47,254 bases of DNA from Catajapyx aquilonaris (taxonomy: Eukaryota), in the NCBI GenBank assembly GCA_000934665.2, contig KZ538792.1, positions 1 through 47,254 of the forward strand, written 5' to 3'. Shown piece after piece: positions 1 through 11,465 of the stretch (position 1 is its first letter; each line of letters starts with the position of its first letter). The notes under the pieces were generated by a model that saw nothing but the letters and a program-made list of their open reading frames with translations, had not been told where the DNA came from and did no database searches. The translations under genes were made by a program, and so were the position numbers.

Positions 1-289
1 GCGCGAATTTGAATTCGATATTGGAAAATGGGTAAGTAAATTGTTATTGCCGTGTATTTCCATGGCAGCCAAAACCATCAAAGATGGCGGACCCCTTGGA
101 CCTTGACGGCCTGCCTGTACCCTATTTACACCTCGTTGACATACCACACACGTCAAGATGGCCGCCAGCCTTGACAACGCCATAAACAGAGATACGAAAA
201 AAATCGAATGTTTGCGCCTCTTATGTAGTATATGCTCCCTGGCCAAAGCTTGTTTTGTTTTGGCAATTATCATGGAACAAGACCATACA

Positions 290-713
290 CAGGGTGTATC
301 TGAACTCAGTGCCCCGACGTATATGACTGCCTTCCAAGCCACCAGAGGATCGATTTAAGTATAGGAGTCATATGTCTGGGCAGCCTCATTACTGAGATAC
401 ACTCTTTAGCGATTTTTGCCTAATCGCTCCTTCTGACTTTTAAATAGAATTTTCTGGTGTAACTAGCCAAAGAGGCCTTACCACCTGTGGGCAACAAACC
501 AACAAAGTCCCGCCCCCAGACCTTCCAGAGCCTTCTGACTGGGGGAGGGTTCGATGGGTGGCCTCACCGACAGGATATTTTGTACTACATGTTTGCGGCC
601 AATTATCTCTGTAATGCGGCGGCCAAACATAATGACTCCTATACTTAAATCGATCCTTTGGTGGCTAGGAAGGCAGTCATATACGTCGGGGCACTGAGTT
701 CAGATACACCCTG
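290..713. mobile_element. MITE with long terminal inverted repeats (Tc1/mariner-like, TA target)
   Basis: CAGGGTGTATCTGAACTCAGTGCCCCGACGTATATGACTGCCTTCC... from 290 is the reverse complement of ...GGAAGGCAGTCATATACGTCGGGGCACTGAGTTCAGATACACCCTG ending at 713. The arms run about 100 bp with few mismatches. TA follows at 714-715; the left flank is CA. No coding capacity. Confidence 0.85.
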
Positions 714-2105
714 TATAAGGTTTTGAACTGTTTTTATGAGTTTCCACACCCTCACAATTTGCATAAAAAGTTTACACCTAGTCCTGCATTACTGGGTAAA
801 ATAATGAGGTCGGATGGCATCAGAATTCATCTGCCAATTTTGTATTGGCCCACAAAGGGACCATCCAGAGAGATTTAAATGATCACAGAATGTGAAGTGT
901 CAAGGTGGTTGACCATGCTCTTCACAAAGCTTCACATGAGGTCTATGGAAGAGGTATGTCAAAATTGATGAAGATAATATTTCACTTACCACACCAGTTG
1001 CTCTTAGAATTGGGTGAAACTTTTGAATTGGGCTTGTACTATGAACTGCAAAAGTAATGTTGCACTGTTATGCGATGGCGTCCGTGACTTGTCGTTTCGC
1101 ATGGGCGTTGCCGAGTTACGGATGTTAATTTGGCATAATTCCGGAATCCACAACACTTTGCTAACTGGCAGCAGTCGTGGTCTCGCAATCCCTCAGACCC
1201 ATGGCCGCACGGTCCGGGTCGCAGTTTGAGAGCGCCGCTACTTATTGGTGCAACTTATTTCTAGTTTATAGAGTCTGTGTAGGCTAATTTATCAAACAGA
1301 ACACACTCGTTTATCAGCAATTTACGAACATTACTGTGGCTTTGCCATACGCGAAATTTACCTGCACACAGTCCGTTATACCAACGAACGACATGACATC
1401 ACGATCCGGCCGCCTCCACCCGGCCCTCCCCTCCAATCATGTCCACAACTCACTCGGCAGACATACTACTGCACATGCTCAGAAAACACGGCTGGTGTGA
1501 CATCATGTTGTTCTTACAGGGTTAACGAACTGCAGCATAGCGTTTAAATTTGCAACCTCCTTCTCAGCACTCCCAACCCCGCCGCGTAGCTAGATGAGGA
1601 TAAACGATAGACTTTCCACATTTTCATTGTTGCCTAACGCGTGAGCTGGAATGTTTGTTCATAATCTAGCAACGTATGCCTTGTTCTGAGTGATAACAAC
1701 GAACCTGTCTGCATTCTGGTCCAGCTTGAGGAATTAATTCCAGGGTCCCTAGTCACTTCCCACACTTTAAAACCACACAAAACCACGATGCAAAGGGTCA
1801 GCAAGCCGCAGGTACTGTTTCCTAATTGATTCGGCAAATGGGCCAAGTACGTGACATAAGCCGTTCTGAACATGATTGCACTTGTTCTAAAGCATTGTTC
1901 TTGCGGTGCAAATTGGCTGATTCCATTGTGTCGCCACACAAAACCAAGACATGTCATGCCAGTACCTGGTGGGTTATAATCCAAGAAGGCTGGTCAGTGA
2001 ATAAGACTATACTAACCTGAGAGGGGGACCCACCCTAACCTGTGTGACGTAATAGATTCGCCTGAAGCTACAGTCGACGGAAATCTGGCGAACGCGCCTG
2101 TGGAA

Positions 2106-2690
2106 CCTTCTACTCTTCCTGTTTCCAAGGAAATACCCTCATGCAACAAGAGGAGTAATTATAATAGGCGTATTCGGCAATTCAGATTATTCTGAGATAC
2201 GTCACGTGATATCTGAGCTGTTAGCCCTGCCCCTCAGAAGATTATTGCCGAACGGCCGAACTGAGAGACCCCCTACCCGCCTGTGCTGCATCCCAGTGAT
2301 ATGCCAATGTTCGGGTATTTCGGTGCCGTGTTTCGGACGCTTGCGGGTAATGGTGCTGGTAAAATCGGGTATTTTCAGGTCCTCTCGCGGGGTTTTTGGG
2401 CATTTTGCATTGGCAACACTGCTGCATCAATAACACGAATTTGTTGTCCTCCATGTTTCTCAGCAAGTAAGTCAGGTCAGGAGTACACTAAGTTCCTGAG
2501 CTTGGGAAGTCAGGTAGGGCGCATGCGCACTTACTTCAGGGGGCGTGGCACCTGATTTGCCGAACATCCAAACAGCCCAGGAAGTCAAGATTCCTGAATT
2601 GCCGAATACGCCTAATAATGATAATAGAACTCCGTTTACTCCTATTGTTGTGTGAAGTACATTTCCATGGAAAAAGGAAAAGTAGAAGGT
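2106..2690. mobile_element. Diverged inverted-repeat (MITE-like) element, possibly nested
   Basis: ACCTTCTACTCTTCCTGTTTCCAAGGAAATACCCTC...GGAGTAA (2106-2158) pairs with TTACTCC...TTTCCATGGAAAAAGGAAAAGTAGAAGGT (2636-2690). An inner perfect pair is TAGGCGTATTCGGCAATTCAG (about 2165-2185) / CTGAATTGCCGAATACGCCTA (about 2594-2614). A related GTTTCCATGGAAATACCCTCA segment recurs near 44236. Confidence 0.65.
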
Positions 2691-2996
2691 ACTCTCCGAT
2701 TCGCATAAGTCCGAACCTTTTTGGATATACATACGGCAGAGGGGGTGAGCCGCCGCAAAATTAGGCCCCAGCATCATTGACTTTCTCGAAGAAACAGTGC
2801 TGGTACATGTTATTCGAATGCCTAATTATCATGGGCAGCCCATGCAGTAGCTGCAGCGCTACACAAACTGCACATTTTGATGTGAGGAGCGGTATGGTCC
2901 TGCATGGTGGGCACTACTTTCAGGCGTATGGATGCAATAATAATAATTTTTAATAATTCATACCTCGTTATCAGCCGGGGGAGGGGGGGGGGGGAG

Positions 2997-3000
<4 letters not shown>

Positions 3001-3068
<68 letters not shown>
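3001..3068. repeat. (GA)n microsatellite preceded by a G-rich tract
   Basis: About 34 GA units with a single interruption, read directly. Confidence 0.97.
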
Positions 3069-3069
<1 letters not shown>

Positions 3070-3121
3070 GTGTTCATCCCAATTTTGTTTTGACTGGAAC
3101 TCTTTGCTTTCATTTTTACTT

Positions 3122-3316
3122 AGTTTTTTGGGATAGGATAGGGACGGAAGGAAGCGGCTGTCGCCTATTATTTAGGAAGCAATCCTGGAATTCTCCTGGG
3201 GGGACTGTGGGAAACCACAGAAAACCATGGTTAGGATTGCCGGCCCCGGGACTTGAACCCAGGACCTCCCAATTAACAGTCAAACACCTTATCCACTCCA
3301 CTCCAAACTGCTTCGG
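3122..3316 (-). mobile_element. tRNA-derived SINE (tRNA-Asn-like head)
   Basis: Minus strand shows an A-box-like TGGAGTGGATAAGG, an anticodon-loop-like GACTGTTAATT (GTT) and a B-box GGGTTCAAGTCCC. The body GGTTTTCTGTGGTTTCCC...GCCGCTTCCTTCC resembles arthropod tRNA SINEs. There is no acceptor-stem pairing, so it is not a tRNA gene. Confidence 0.8.
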
Positions 3317-3722
3317 TGGGCATATAGATATCCAAAAAGGTTCAGACTTATGCGAATCGGGGAGTACCAGGGGTGCGTTTGGCAGAATTCAGTTGCCTAC
3401 TACTTGGCAAACAAAACTGTTACGTCACAGTCAGTATGTTAGGCTTGGTCCCCTATACACTATTTGGGTTAACTACTAGACGTTTTGTTAAAATTCATCA
3501 TGCAATTTGCTAATGTGTGATGCAAAATATGAAGTTCGTTAGGTCTATAAAAAACTAGTTGATGATGACTGCAGTGTTGTTGATGCATGCATAGACCTCT
3601 AAGGTCTATGGATGCATGCTTGTCTGTCAATCAAGACCTTACAGAATTATTTTATTGCAGTGTGGATTAAATTGCTGATAAACGAGTGGGTTATGTTTGA
3701 TAAATGACACAGACTCTATAAA

Positions 3723-3894
3723 GGCCCATACACACAGGCCGTCGAGTTTTGGTCTTTGGTCGCGTTGACGCCACGGACCAATCAACAAGCGCAACACAAG
3801 AATTAGTGTTGAGCTTATTTCCATGGGTCATGATTGGTCCGCGGTGTCAACACAACCAAAGACCAAAACCATCGATCGCCTGTGTGTATGGGCC
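3723..3894. mobile_element. Short fold-back MITE (PIF/Harbinger-like or TTAA-type)
   Basis: GGCCCATACACACAGG...TTTTGGTCTTTGGT...CGGACCAATCA pairs with TGATTGGTCCG...ACCAAAGACCAAAA...CCTGTGTGTATGGGCC. Flanks are TAAA and TTAA. Confidence 0.8.
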
Positions 3895-4181
3895 TTAAAC
3901 TAGAAATAAGTTGTACGACTAATTGTAAGTAGCGGCGGTCTCGAGCACCACCCTGGACCATGCGGCCACAGGACCGTGGGACCGCGGCCGCAACTGGTGA
4001 GCAAAGTGTTGTGGATTCCGGAAAATTGCCAAATTAACATCCGTAACTTGGCAACACCCATGCTAAACAACAAGTCATGGACAGCATCACATAACAGTGC
4101 AATATTACTTTTGCGATTAATAGTACATTCTACATGGTACCTTCAAGTCACACCTGGATACAGGAAGTACATGCAACTAAC

Positions 4182-7100
4182 CTGGAAAGTTGGTTGGGAG
4201 TTGATACTCATATGGCAGCTCAAACTGCGTTGGATTCAACAAGGATGCCACCTTTACCAAAATGTCTAAGGCAGTTTCCTTGTTGTCCACTACTTTCACC
4301 TCCTGATTCCCTGCTTGCTCCTCGGTTTGTGATTCCTTTTCTTCATCTTTTGCATCTTCCCCTTCCTCCTCCTCCTCTTCCTCCTCCTCCTCCTCCATCA
4401 CCACCTCGGCCTCCTCCATCTGCGTATTTGTGACCTCAACCTCCTTCACATGATCTGCGTCACCCCCACTCTTCTCTGCAGAATCCTTAATATCTTCCTT
4501 TTGCTTGCCATTTCTTTCATGCTCCTCCTCATCTGTGTGGTCACCCTCGTCATCTGTGTCAACCTCTTCAGTCATGTCACTATGTCTTCTACCTCGATTT
4601 AATGCCCTGCAGGCTACCATTAGGGCAGCTCTGCGCAACTTTGGTCCCTTCAGTCCTGTACTGCTACTCCCACTGCTATTGCTGCTACTACAGTCATCTC
4701 CTACACTCTCCCTCTTGCGGCTGCCTCTTACCAAAAACTCAGGATCGGAGTCACGCCTCCGAGTCACGCGGCCTCTGGGGGAGGTATCTGTCTTTGTGGT
4801 ATCAGGTCGCAATGTGGGGCCATTAGCTTCTTTCTTCTTGTCTTTCACCTTCTGTTGGAAGAACGTTAGAATGGTAACACCTCATAACACATGCATGGGC
4901 CTTACATTTATTCCACAGATTAAATTGAAGTCGGCCAACCTCTCTCAAATATAAGTACATCCCACTCTTGTCACCAACAATGGCTCACTTAATATGCACC
5001 AGCCTGGTTGGTACCCCTGCCAGAGGTTAATGAAAGTGTAAATTGATCAGGTTGGAACCGCATCTTGTCTAAGAGCCAGTCTAAAAATCTCAAACTAGGG
5101 CTGGTAAGCACATGCAACTGTGATCAAGACAGCCTCATAGCACTAGTCAATCAACTGCCACAAGAACATTGCTTCAAAATTCACATAATTCCCTTTGTGT
5201 TCCAATGACACCATGTACTTAAATTAATTACAATGCATTACAAAATGTCAAATTATTCAGATGTCACATTGATGACAATTCCAAATCTACCAGTTGGCCC
5301 ACCCATGCGATTGGGTAAGTGACTGTGGCATGTATGGAGTATCTGTTTTCACAGAGTTCATGTTAAACTTTGAAAGGAAGAAACTTTAGGTAAGTAACAA
5401 ACTTGAGGCTTGCCACAGAACATCTTGAGAATATGCAGCTTCCAAGAGAAAAGCTGGTAGCACAGGATGGGAAAGACACCTACAGAGAAATTGCTGGCAC
5501 TCTCACTTCAGCAGAAAATCAATAAAAACATATCTCCACAACTGGTATGCACACTTGCCTATTGGTGAATCCTTTTCTACCACAAAAGGTAATATAATTA
5601 GGTTCACATCTTCACCAACATGCCTATTGCAAGTTATTATGTACTGTGCATACCTCTTCCTGAATAATGACTGAAACTGCCCATTAAAATCGCAAGTTGA
5701 CTTCTAATGATCAACCATAGAGTCTGTCTTCTTGGAAGAGGGAGCATGTATGCACGGGTTACCTCACCAGAACCATTGACTCCTCAACCTTATAACCAAG
5801 AGTATGTTTCTACACTGGACAATTTCCTCAACAGCCTCACAGAATCGCTCTTGAAGTCACTCAACATGGTTCCCTCATTGGCGGCATCGACCCAAATATG
5901 CAATCAACATTCCATGTTTTCTGGTGGTTCACTCCCTCTTGAGAGAGCACATGATAATTCCAAAAATGTAGTGCAGGTTTTAATGGGAAAGAAGAAAAAA
6001 ACTTGTAACTTACCCCAGTCACTTTGCAATTGTGGCAAACCCACTCTCCAAATGGAATGTCTTCTTCATCCAATGGTGGATTACTGCAAAGAATATCATG
6101 AACATGGAGCGTGATTATGCATTCAAGTTATATGATTTATTACATGTTTCATTGCAGTAAATGTGTGAATTTTTTTTGGTCTGTCCAATTCTTCGTTGCT
6201 GACTACCCCTTAAATATCCAGATGTTGGTATGTACAAGGGCTGTTCAAAAAGAAACTGAACGTATTGAGGCTACTGACAGCACCTACCGACATGTCTTGA
6301 CAACAAATTACCATTTGCCACGTTCCGCTATGATCATTGGTCATCAAAATACATCCACTTAAGTGAGCACTTCGACAAGCTGTTCGTCGAATTAGTGAGA
6401 AAGTTAAAATGAGAGAGCTTGAAAAACGCGTTTGTGTGAAATTTCGCTTGGTAAAAATTGACATTTCAATTGCTTTACCAAGCATACCTGGGAAGGGTCT
6501 CCTCAACCAAAAGAGGCACAGATCAGTGGGTCAAAGGTCAAGGTGTGACGTTGGTTGTGTTTTTGGATTGGAAAAGCCATTTTCTTTATGAATTTCGACC
6601 ATGTTGTCAGATTGGCAGACAGTGTTGTACCAGAATGTTTTAGTGCATTTGAGGGCTGCTATGCCCAGGAAAGGCCTCAATTGTGGGAAAGCCAGACTTG
6701 GATATTGCACCATGGCAATGCGCCGGCTCACACGTCGCTTCTCATCATCAGTTATCTGGCAAAACATCAGACATCCGTTGTGCCAAACTACCATATTCTC
6801 CGGACTTACCCCCAGCAGACTTTCTGCTATATTCAAAACTTAAAACCAGTTTTAAATAACGTTGTCATTTCCGAACCGTAGAGGCGATTCAGGACAATGC
6901 GACACGAGCACTGTGTGCCATCACAGAAAGTGTGTTCCAGGAAGCATTCCAACAATGGAAGAAAAAATTGAAAACTGTCTATCGCCAGTAGAGGGAACTA
7001 CTTTGAAGGGGACAGGGCTTAAAATGTTGCAAATTGAGCAATCGAGTCTGTATAGAAAAAAGTTCAGTTTCTTTTTGAACAGCCCTCGTATGTGTGCATT

Positions 7101-9651
7101 ATTGTGCAAAATCAGGGGTAATTGTACAATATGTGCTCATTATGGCAACTAGCCTCAATACATCAGGAATCACTGTTCACCATAACCATTGTCAATTACA
7201 CCCCCACTAAGTAACAAATCTGCTAGTCACTGGCATTTCAAAATTTTGACTTTGTATCAAAGATATTTCCTCTAATAATATTCTATTGTTACAAATTATC
7301 AATTTAATGGCTCTCTCCCTCAAAAATGTGATCTAGGTGAATGCATAAATTCTGCACCAAAGCATCCTTTACTTCAGCTCCTGCAGTGATGTGCTACACC
7401 ACTGACAGAAGCAAACTAAAATCAGGGTTAGAATCTCACATCAAAATCTTCATTCTCATGTTCCAAGAGTTCAAGCGCTTCCTAAACTTTGCCATTAATA
7501 AAAATCAGTCATTATTAAGCTCACAGTGATTGTTTCCTAAAAACTTCTGACACTGTATTTTTTTCTAAACGGTATGAAATCATGGTGAGGTGCAAATGTC
7601 AACATGCAGCAATATCCATCCTGGACTCATGCCTACCAGCCATTAATTCATGGCATGAATCACAAAGTAATATTTTCCACATTAATGGTACTCAAGCTGA
7701 AATGTCATTGTCTGGGCCAAAATTATTGCACTGAAGTGGACAAAATTTGAAGGATGCATAAAACCTGCTCTTAACATATGCTTAAGTTCAGCACCTCTTC
7801 ATCCGATTCACCAATCAAGACTCGAATCACTCAATTGAGAGGCCCATGCTTGTGTAGCAATATCTCCACTACAGCTGCTTAAAAAAGAAAGGTGAATATC
7901 TCAGTTCACTGATGGTAAGTTACCCTGATGCTGCACAATGATGCCCAAGCAGTACGACGGCACTACAGAAGCATGTAACAATGCCGATTATAATTGTAGC
8001 AATTATATCAAAATGGTCAACATTAGAATCTATACCTACATAAAGGCACCTCAAATATGCATGACAAAACAAACTTATGTTGTGGATACTTTTTACACAC
8101 AAAAGAACATCAATAATGAAGCCTTTCATTAGACGTGACACTAGTGAAACTTCCTGCATCATGCTCCCATTTTATGTAACACTTTTTCATCCCCTCTCCA
8201 TCCCACAACTGATGTCATGCAGCAGCAGAAAAATCATGTACGTACTGGCATTCCAGATGGAAAGATGCTGGGCATCTGTCACAGCAAAGAAGATCACCTC
8301 CTTCCCCACAAGCATCACAACAATCATGGTTGTGACCTTTTCCTGGTCGCTTGTAGTAGGGATGGAGATCCCTGTTCTCCTTTTTCTTGCGCGAAGATTC
8401 GTCACTTCCAGGAGGTGCGATTAGTGCTTGGATTTGCTGAAACGGGCCAGATTTCTTAGGAATCCCATTACGATACCTGTAAACAGCTTACAAACAATGG
8501 CCTTACAGTATAAATTACACTACACATCCCAGGTACTGATAAAGCACAATGGCTGCCCTGTAACTCGGCCAAATATTTGATTCTAGGGCTCAATAGTTTC
8601 AGGTTAGACTTGGCTAGCAAACTCTTATTACACAAAATAAACTCTCATCTACAATAAGTCCTTCAACTCAACTTATTCAAGTGATATCAGACTGGCACCC
8701 ACTGCAGCAGTACCCACTCACATAAGTAACTGTACTTCAGGATGGGAGAAAAATATCAGGAATATAAGTTTCACTTGCGTAGGCACATTCATCCAGTCAC
8801 GTAGCAGGCTACACTCACTTCCAAACAAGTTCAACACTGTACGTTCTCAACACGTGGGCTAATCCCATCCCACATGCACACGAATTTTTGCACTACATCC
8901 TATCTCAACTGAGTCAATCAAGTGACTGTTTGATTTGTTCAGTAAAGGTAGAACAGCACAAAAGGCACATTGGAGTATTACGTAAAGGATATGCTCAGTG
9001 ACTGCTATTACCTTACCCTGCCTAAATGGTCATACTGACTCACTGTGGTCACACCTAGAAACACTTTGACCTTCTTTCACTCTGAGCAAAGAGACAAACG
9101 CATACATGAATACAAAGTGCGTTGTGCTGAGCCACACTGCTACGTTGACCCCCACAGTCCCTCGTGCATGTACGATGACTGAGTGTACTTTCTAGCCCTA
9201 TGCCATCACAAATTACACTGGCTGTGGGTCTAGCTTTGCCCCAATCTGCTTGATAGCGGCTTCCCTTCATTCCAAGAGGAGTCAGCAGTCTCAGCACTAG
9301 TGGCTAAGCCATCTCCCCAAAGTGCTGTTCCCTAGTTCCAGTGCATCCCATGCTCCATCCCTTTCCCCACAGCTTCCTTCTTTACCCTTCCAGAGTCCCT
9401 GAGCCATCCCGAACGCAGATTCACCCGAACAGGCGCCATTTTGACCGCCTTCGCCTCTCTGCTCCACACACACAGCCTGCTGCCCCAGTGCTGCTCCTCT
9501 CTCTCTCTCTCTCCCTCTCGCTCGCTCCCTCTCTCCCGCCTGCCTGCCTGGCTCTCTCTCCCCTCCCGTCCGCCTTGGTGTCCCCCCTTGATCCCCCTTC
9601 CCAAATACTCACGGGCATGAGCCCCCCCGTGATGTCCAGGTCGTACTCCAT
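4182..9651 (-). CDS. PHF12: PHD finger protein 12 (Pf1, Sin3/HDAC complex subunit), 5' part; the gene continues beyond the left edge
   Basis: Exons (minus): 9651-9613, 8436-8246, 6083-6014, 4851-4182, all GT-AG and phase-consistent. Translation MEYDLDITGGLMP-QIQALIAPP...[49 protein letters not shown] gives the PHF12 N-terminus plus PHD1. An acidic linker follows, then ...ASLLNPTQFELP, a conserved PHF12 motif. PHD2 exons were not found in 1-4181. Confidence 0.93.
6235..7088 (+). mobile_element. Internally deleted, degenerate mariner transposon in PHF12 intron 2
   Basis: 27-bp TIRs C(A/G)AGGGCTGTTCAAAAAGAAACTGAAC with TA on both sides (6233-34, 7089-90). Frameshifted transposase remnants: KRVCVKF, TLVVFLDWK, RPQLWESQTWILHHGNAPAHTSLLI (HHDNA motif degenerate), a YSPDL-like segment and a YFEGD-like end. 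At 854 bp it is shorter than the roughly 1.3 kb of a full mariner. Confidence 0.9.
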
Positions 9652-11465
9652 CCTCGCCGTGGCTGCCCCTGGGCTCCCCTCAAGTGGGGAGCACAAACCA
9701 CCGCACTTACACCTCGCTCACGCCAGGCACAGGCAGAGCAACACACAAAAAAAAATAAACACCCGCTGGTAGAAAGTCTGTCCGATTCCCTCCCGTCCCT
9801 CCCTCCTCTCCTCTGGTCCTCCCCCTCTGGCTGGTCTGGTCTGGTCTGGGACCCGGGGCCGGCCTGGGGTCCGCAGGCGTGGGTCCGGAGCTGTGTCCTA
9901 ACCAAGGGTTTTTCACGTATCCGCTGAGCGAGCCCACAACCGATTTGGAGGGAAGCAGAGGTGTACGCATGCGCACACCAGAGGGGCTCCGAGCGCACGC
10001 AGGGTGGCCAGACGCGGAGGAGGTCGGAGGGCGACGGTGGCGCCACACGCACAATGGCCCACTCCTGCCCCCTGCTCTCCCTCGCTCTTTTAACCGAAAA
10101 TGCCACCTCCACAGGGCGTGTTAATTGACATGACAGGTTTCAATGGCCATGGAGTGATTAAATATTTGGATGGGAGTGCGGAGGAGGGAAGAGTTTGTGG
10201 GTCAGTCACCTTGGAGGGGGGAGGGAGGGCGCCAACGATGACGTCATGATGTAGGTCGCATTCCACCTGGCGGGACTAGTGCACTCGCAGATACCGTATC
10301 ACACCACGAGTATACGGCACTGTACTTGTTTCCACTCTATTAGAGAGGCTCTCTACACTCTACGGGTCGGGTATAGGGGCACTATGAGGAAAAAACCTGA
10401 TATTCACATGGTTATCCGAACCCTAGGTTTTGCCAGCTGAAAGAAAAGTCTAGTCGCAGATGGGCATTGTGAAAACCATGACCGTGCCCTATACCATTTT
10501 ACCAAACAGTAGCTTATCCCAGTCTGCAGCTGAAACTCTGTTTGTAGGGTTTTCTGAGAGACTTTGAAGTAACATTGTAACTAATAAATGACACAAGGTT
10601 AAATTGCAGATTAGGGTAACCTACTGCTAGAGAAAATGGGCCTGAGGAAGACAAGGGTTTTTTTTGGCACATAGTTGGGCAAGATGCATTTACTAATGAC
10701 TGCAAGTATACAAGATTCTCAACAAGCTCCTACATTCACCGAATGCATTAATTGTCACTTCTAGGCACTCGCAGTAAATATACAGTCACATGAACACCAA
10801 TAAATAATATATTTCTCATTAAATATACCAGTAACTTTGGAAGACTACACACTTGAATCACAGCTATTGTCATGACTATTACACACATACCCTGCATTTG
10901 TAAACGTAATAACGTATGCTATGAAGCTTATTGCTGTTGCCATCTTATAAGTACTACGTAACAATAATGGAACAAGTTTTCAATTAGAAAATCTAGTGAA
11001 AAACAATGGCAGTTCTTGTGCAAGGCATTACTGAGCTTCTTGGCAAATCTCCTTGTACTGTGGTCAACAAAATATCTTTTTGAAAAATTTCCTCCTGGAG
11101 AGGCAATCAATAACGAATGCATAGGTACAACAACAGTTTGCATATTGGCTAAACCAGATCTACTCACTGCCTCTAGTTGGAAAGTGTTTTTGAGGAGGGA
11201 AGTGTGGAGGTTAAACAAGTACTCTCGATGTCACAGGATAGGTGGTATAATTATTATCATCATGATTGTATATCACTGTTACCAGCTGTTACCAAGAGCT
11301 AATAACAGTTATTAGCTCTTGCTGTTACTGATTAGGGCTTTTTATGAATGAAGTTCAACAGTGACACCACATCCCAACTCACATCCCCAAATGCACTAGC
11401 CAACATAGCGTGAGGCAACAGTATAATAACTCTTCCTGCTCAAAATCCTGATACCAATCTGGCTG

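Larger units (their letters stand above)
2688..3368. mobile_element. TIR element (MITE) containing a (GA)n microsatellite and a SINE
   Basis: GGTACTCTCCGATTCGCATAAGTCCGAACCTTTTTGGATATA (from 2688) is the near-perfect reverse complement of TATCCAAAAAGGTTCAGACTTATGCGAATCGGGGAGTACC (ending 3368). Confidence 0.75.

Noticed and set aside
990..1045. Possible PHF12 exon 5 (TTTTGCAG|...|GTAAGT, 56 nt, phase-compatible, VHSTSPIQKFHPILRATGV)
   Set aside because: No resemblance to the expected PHF12 continuation toward PHD2, and it would change the conserved PG to PV. Not excluded, but unsupported.
1634..2020. ORFs of 116 aa (-) and 64 aa (+)
   Set aside because: No recognisable domain and no PHD2 cysteine pattern; lies in intronic sequence.
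3240..3305. Apparent tRNA-Asn gene
   Set aside because: Acceptor and anticodon stems do not pair, and the sequence continues into a SINE body.
4134..4954. Pro-rich and Leu/Ser-rich + strand ORFs
   Set aside because: Antisense shadows of the GAG-rich PHF12 exon 4.
9332..10124. Several overlapping ORFs of 80-167 aa
   Set aside because: Low-complexity GC-rich promoter and intron sequence with few stops; only the 39-nt PHF12 start exon is supported.
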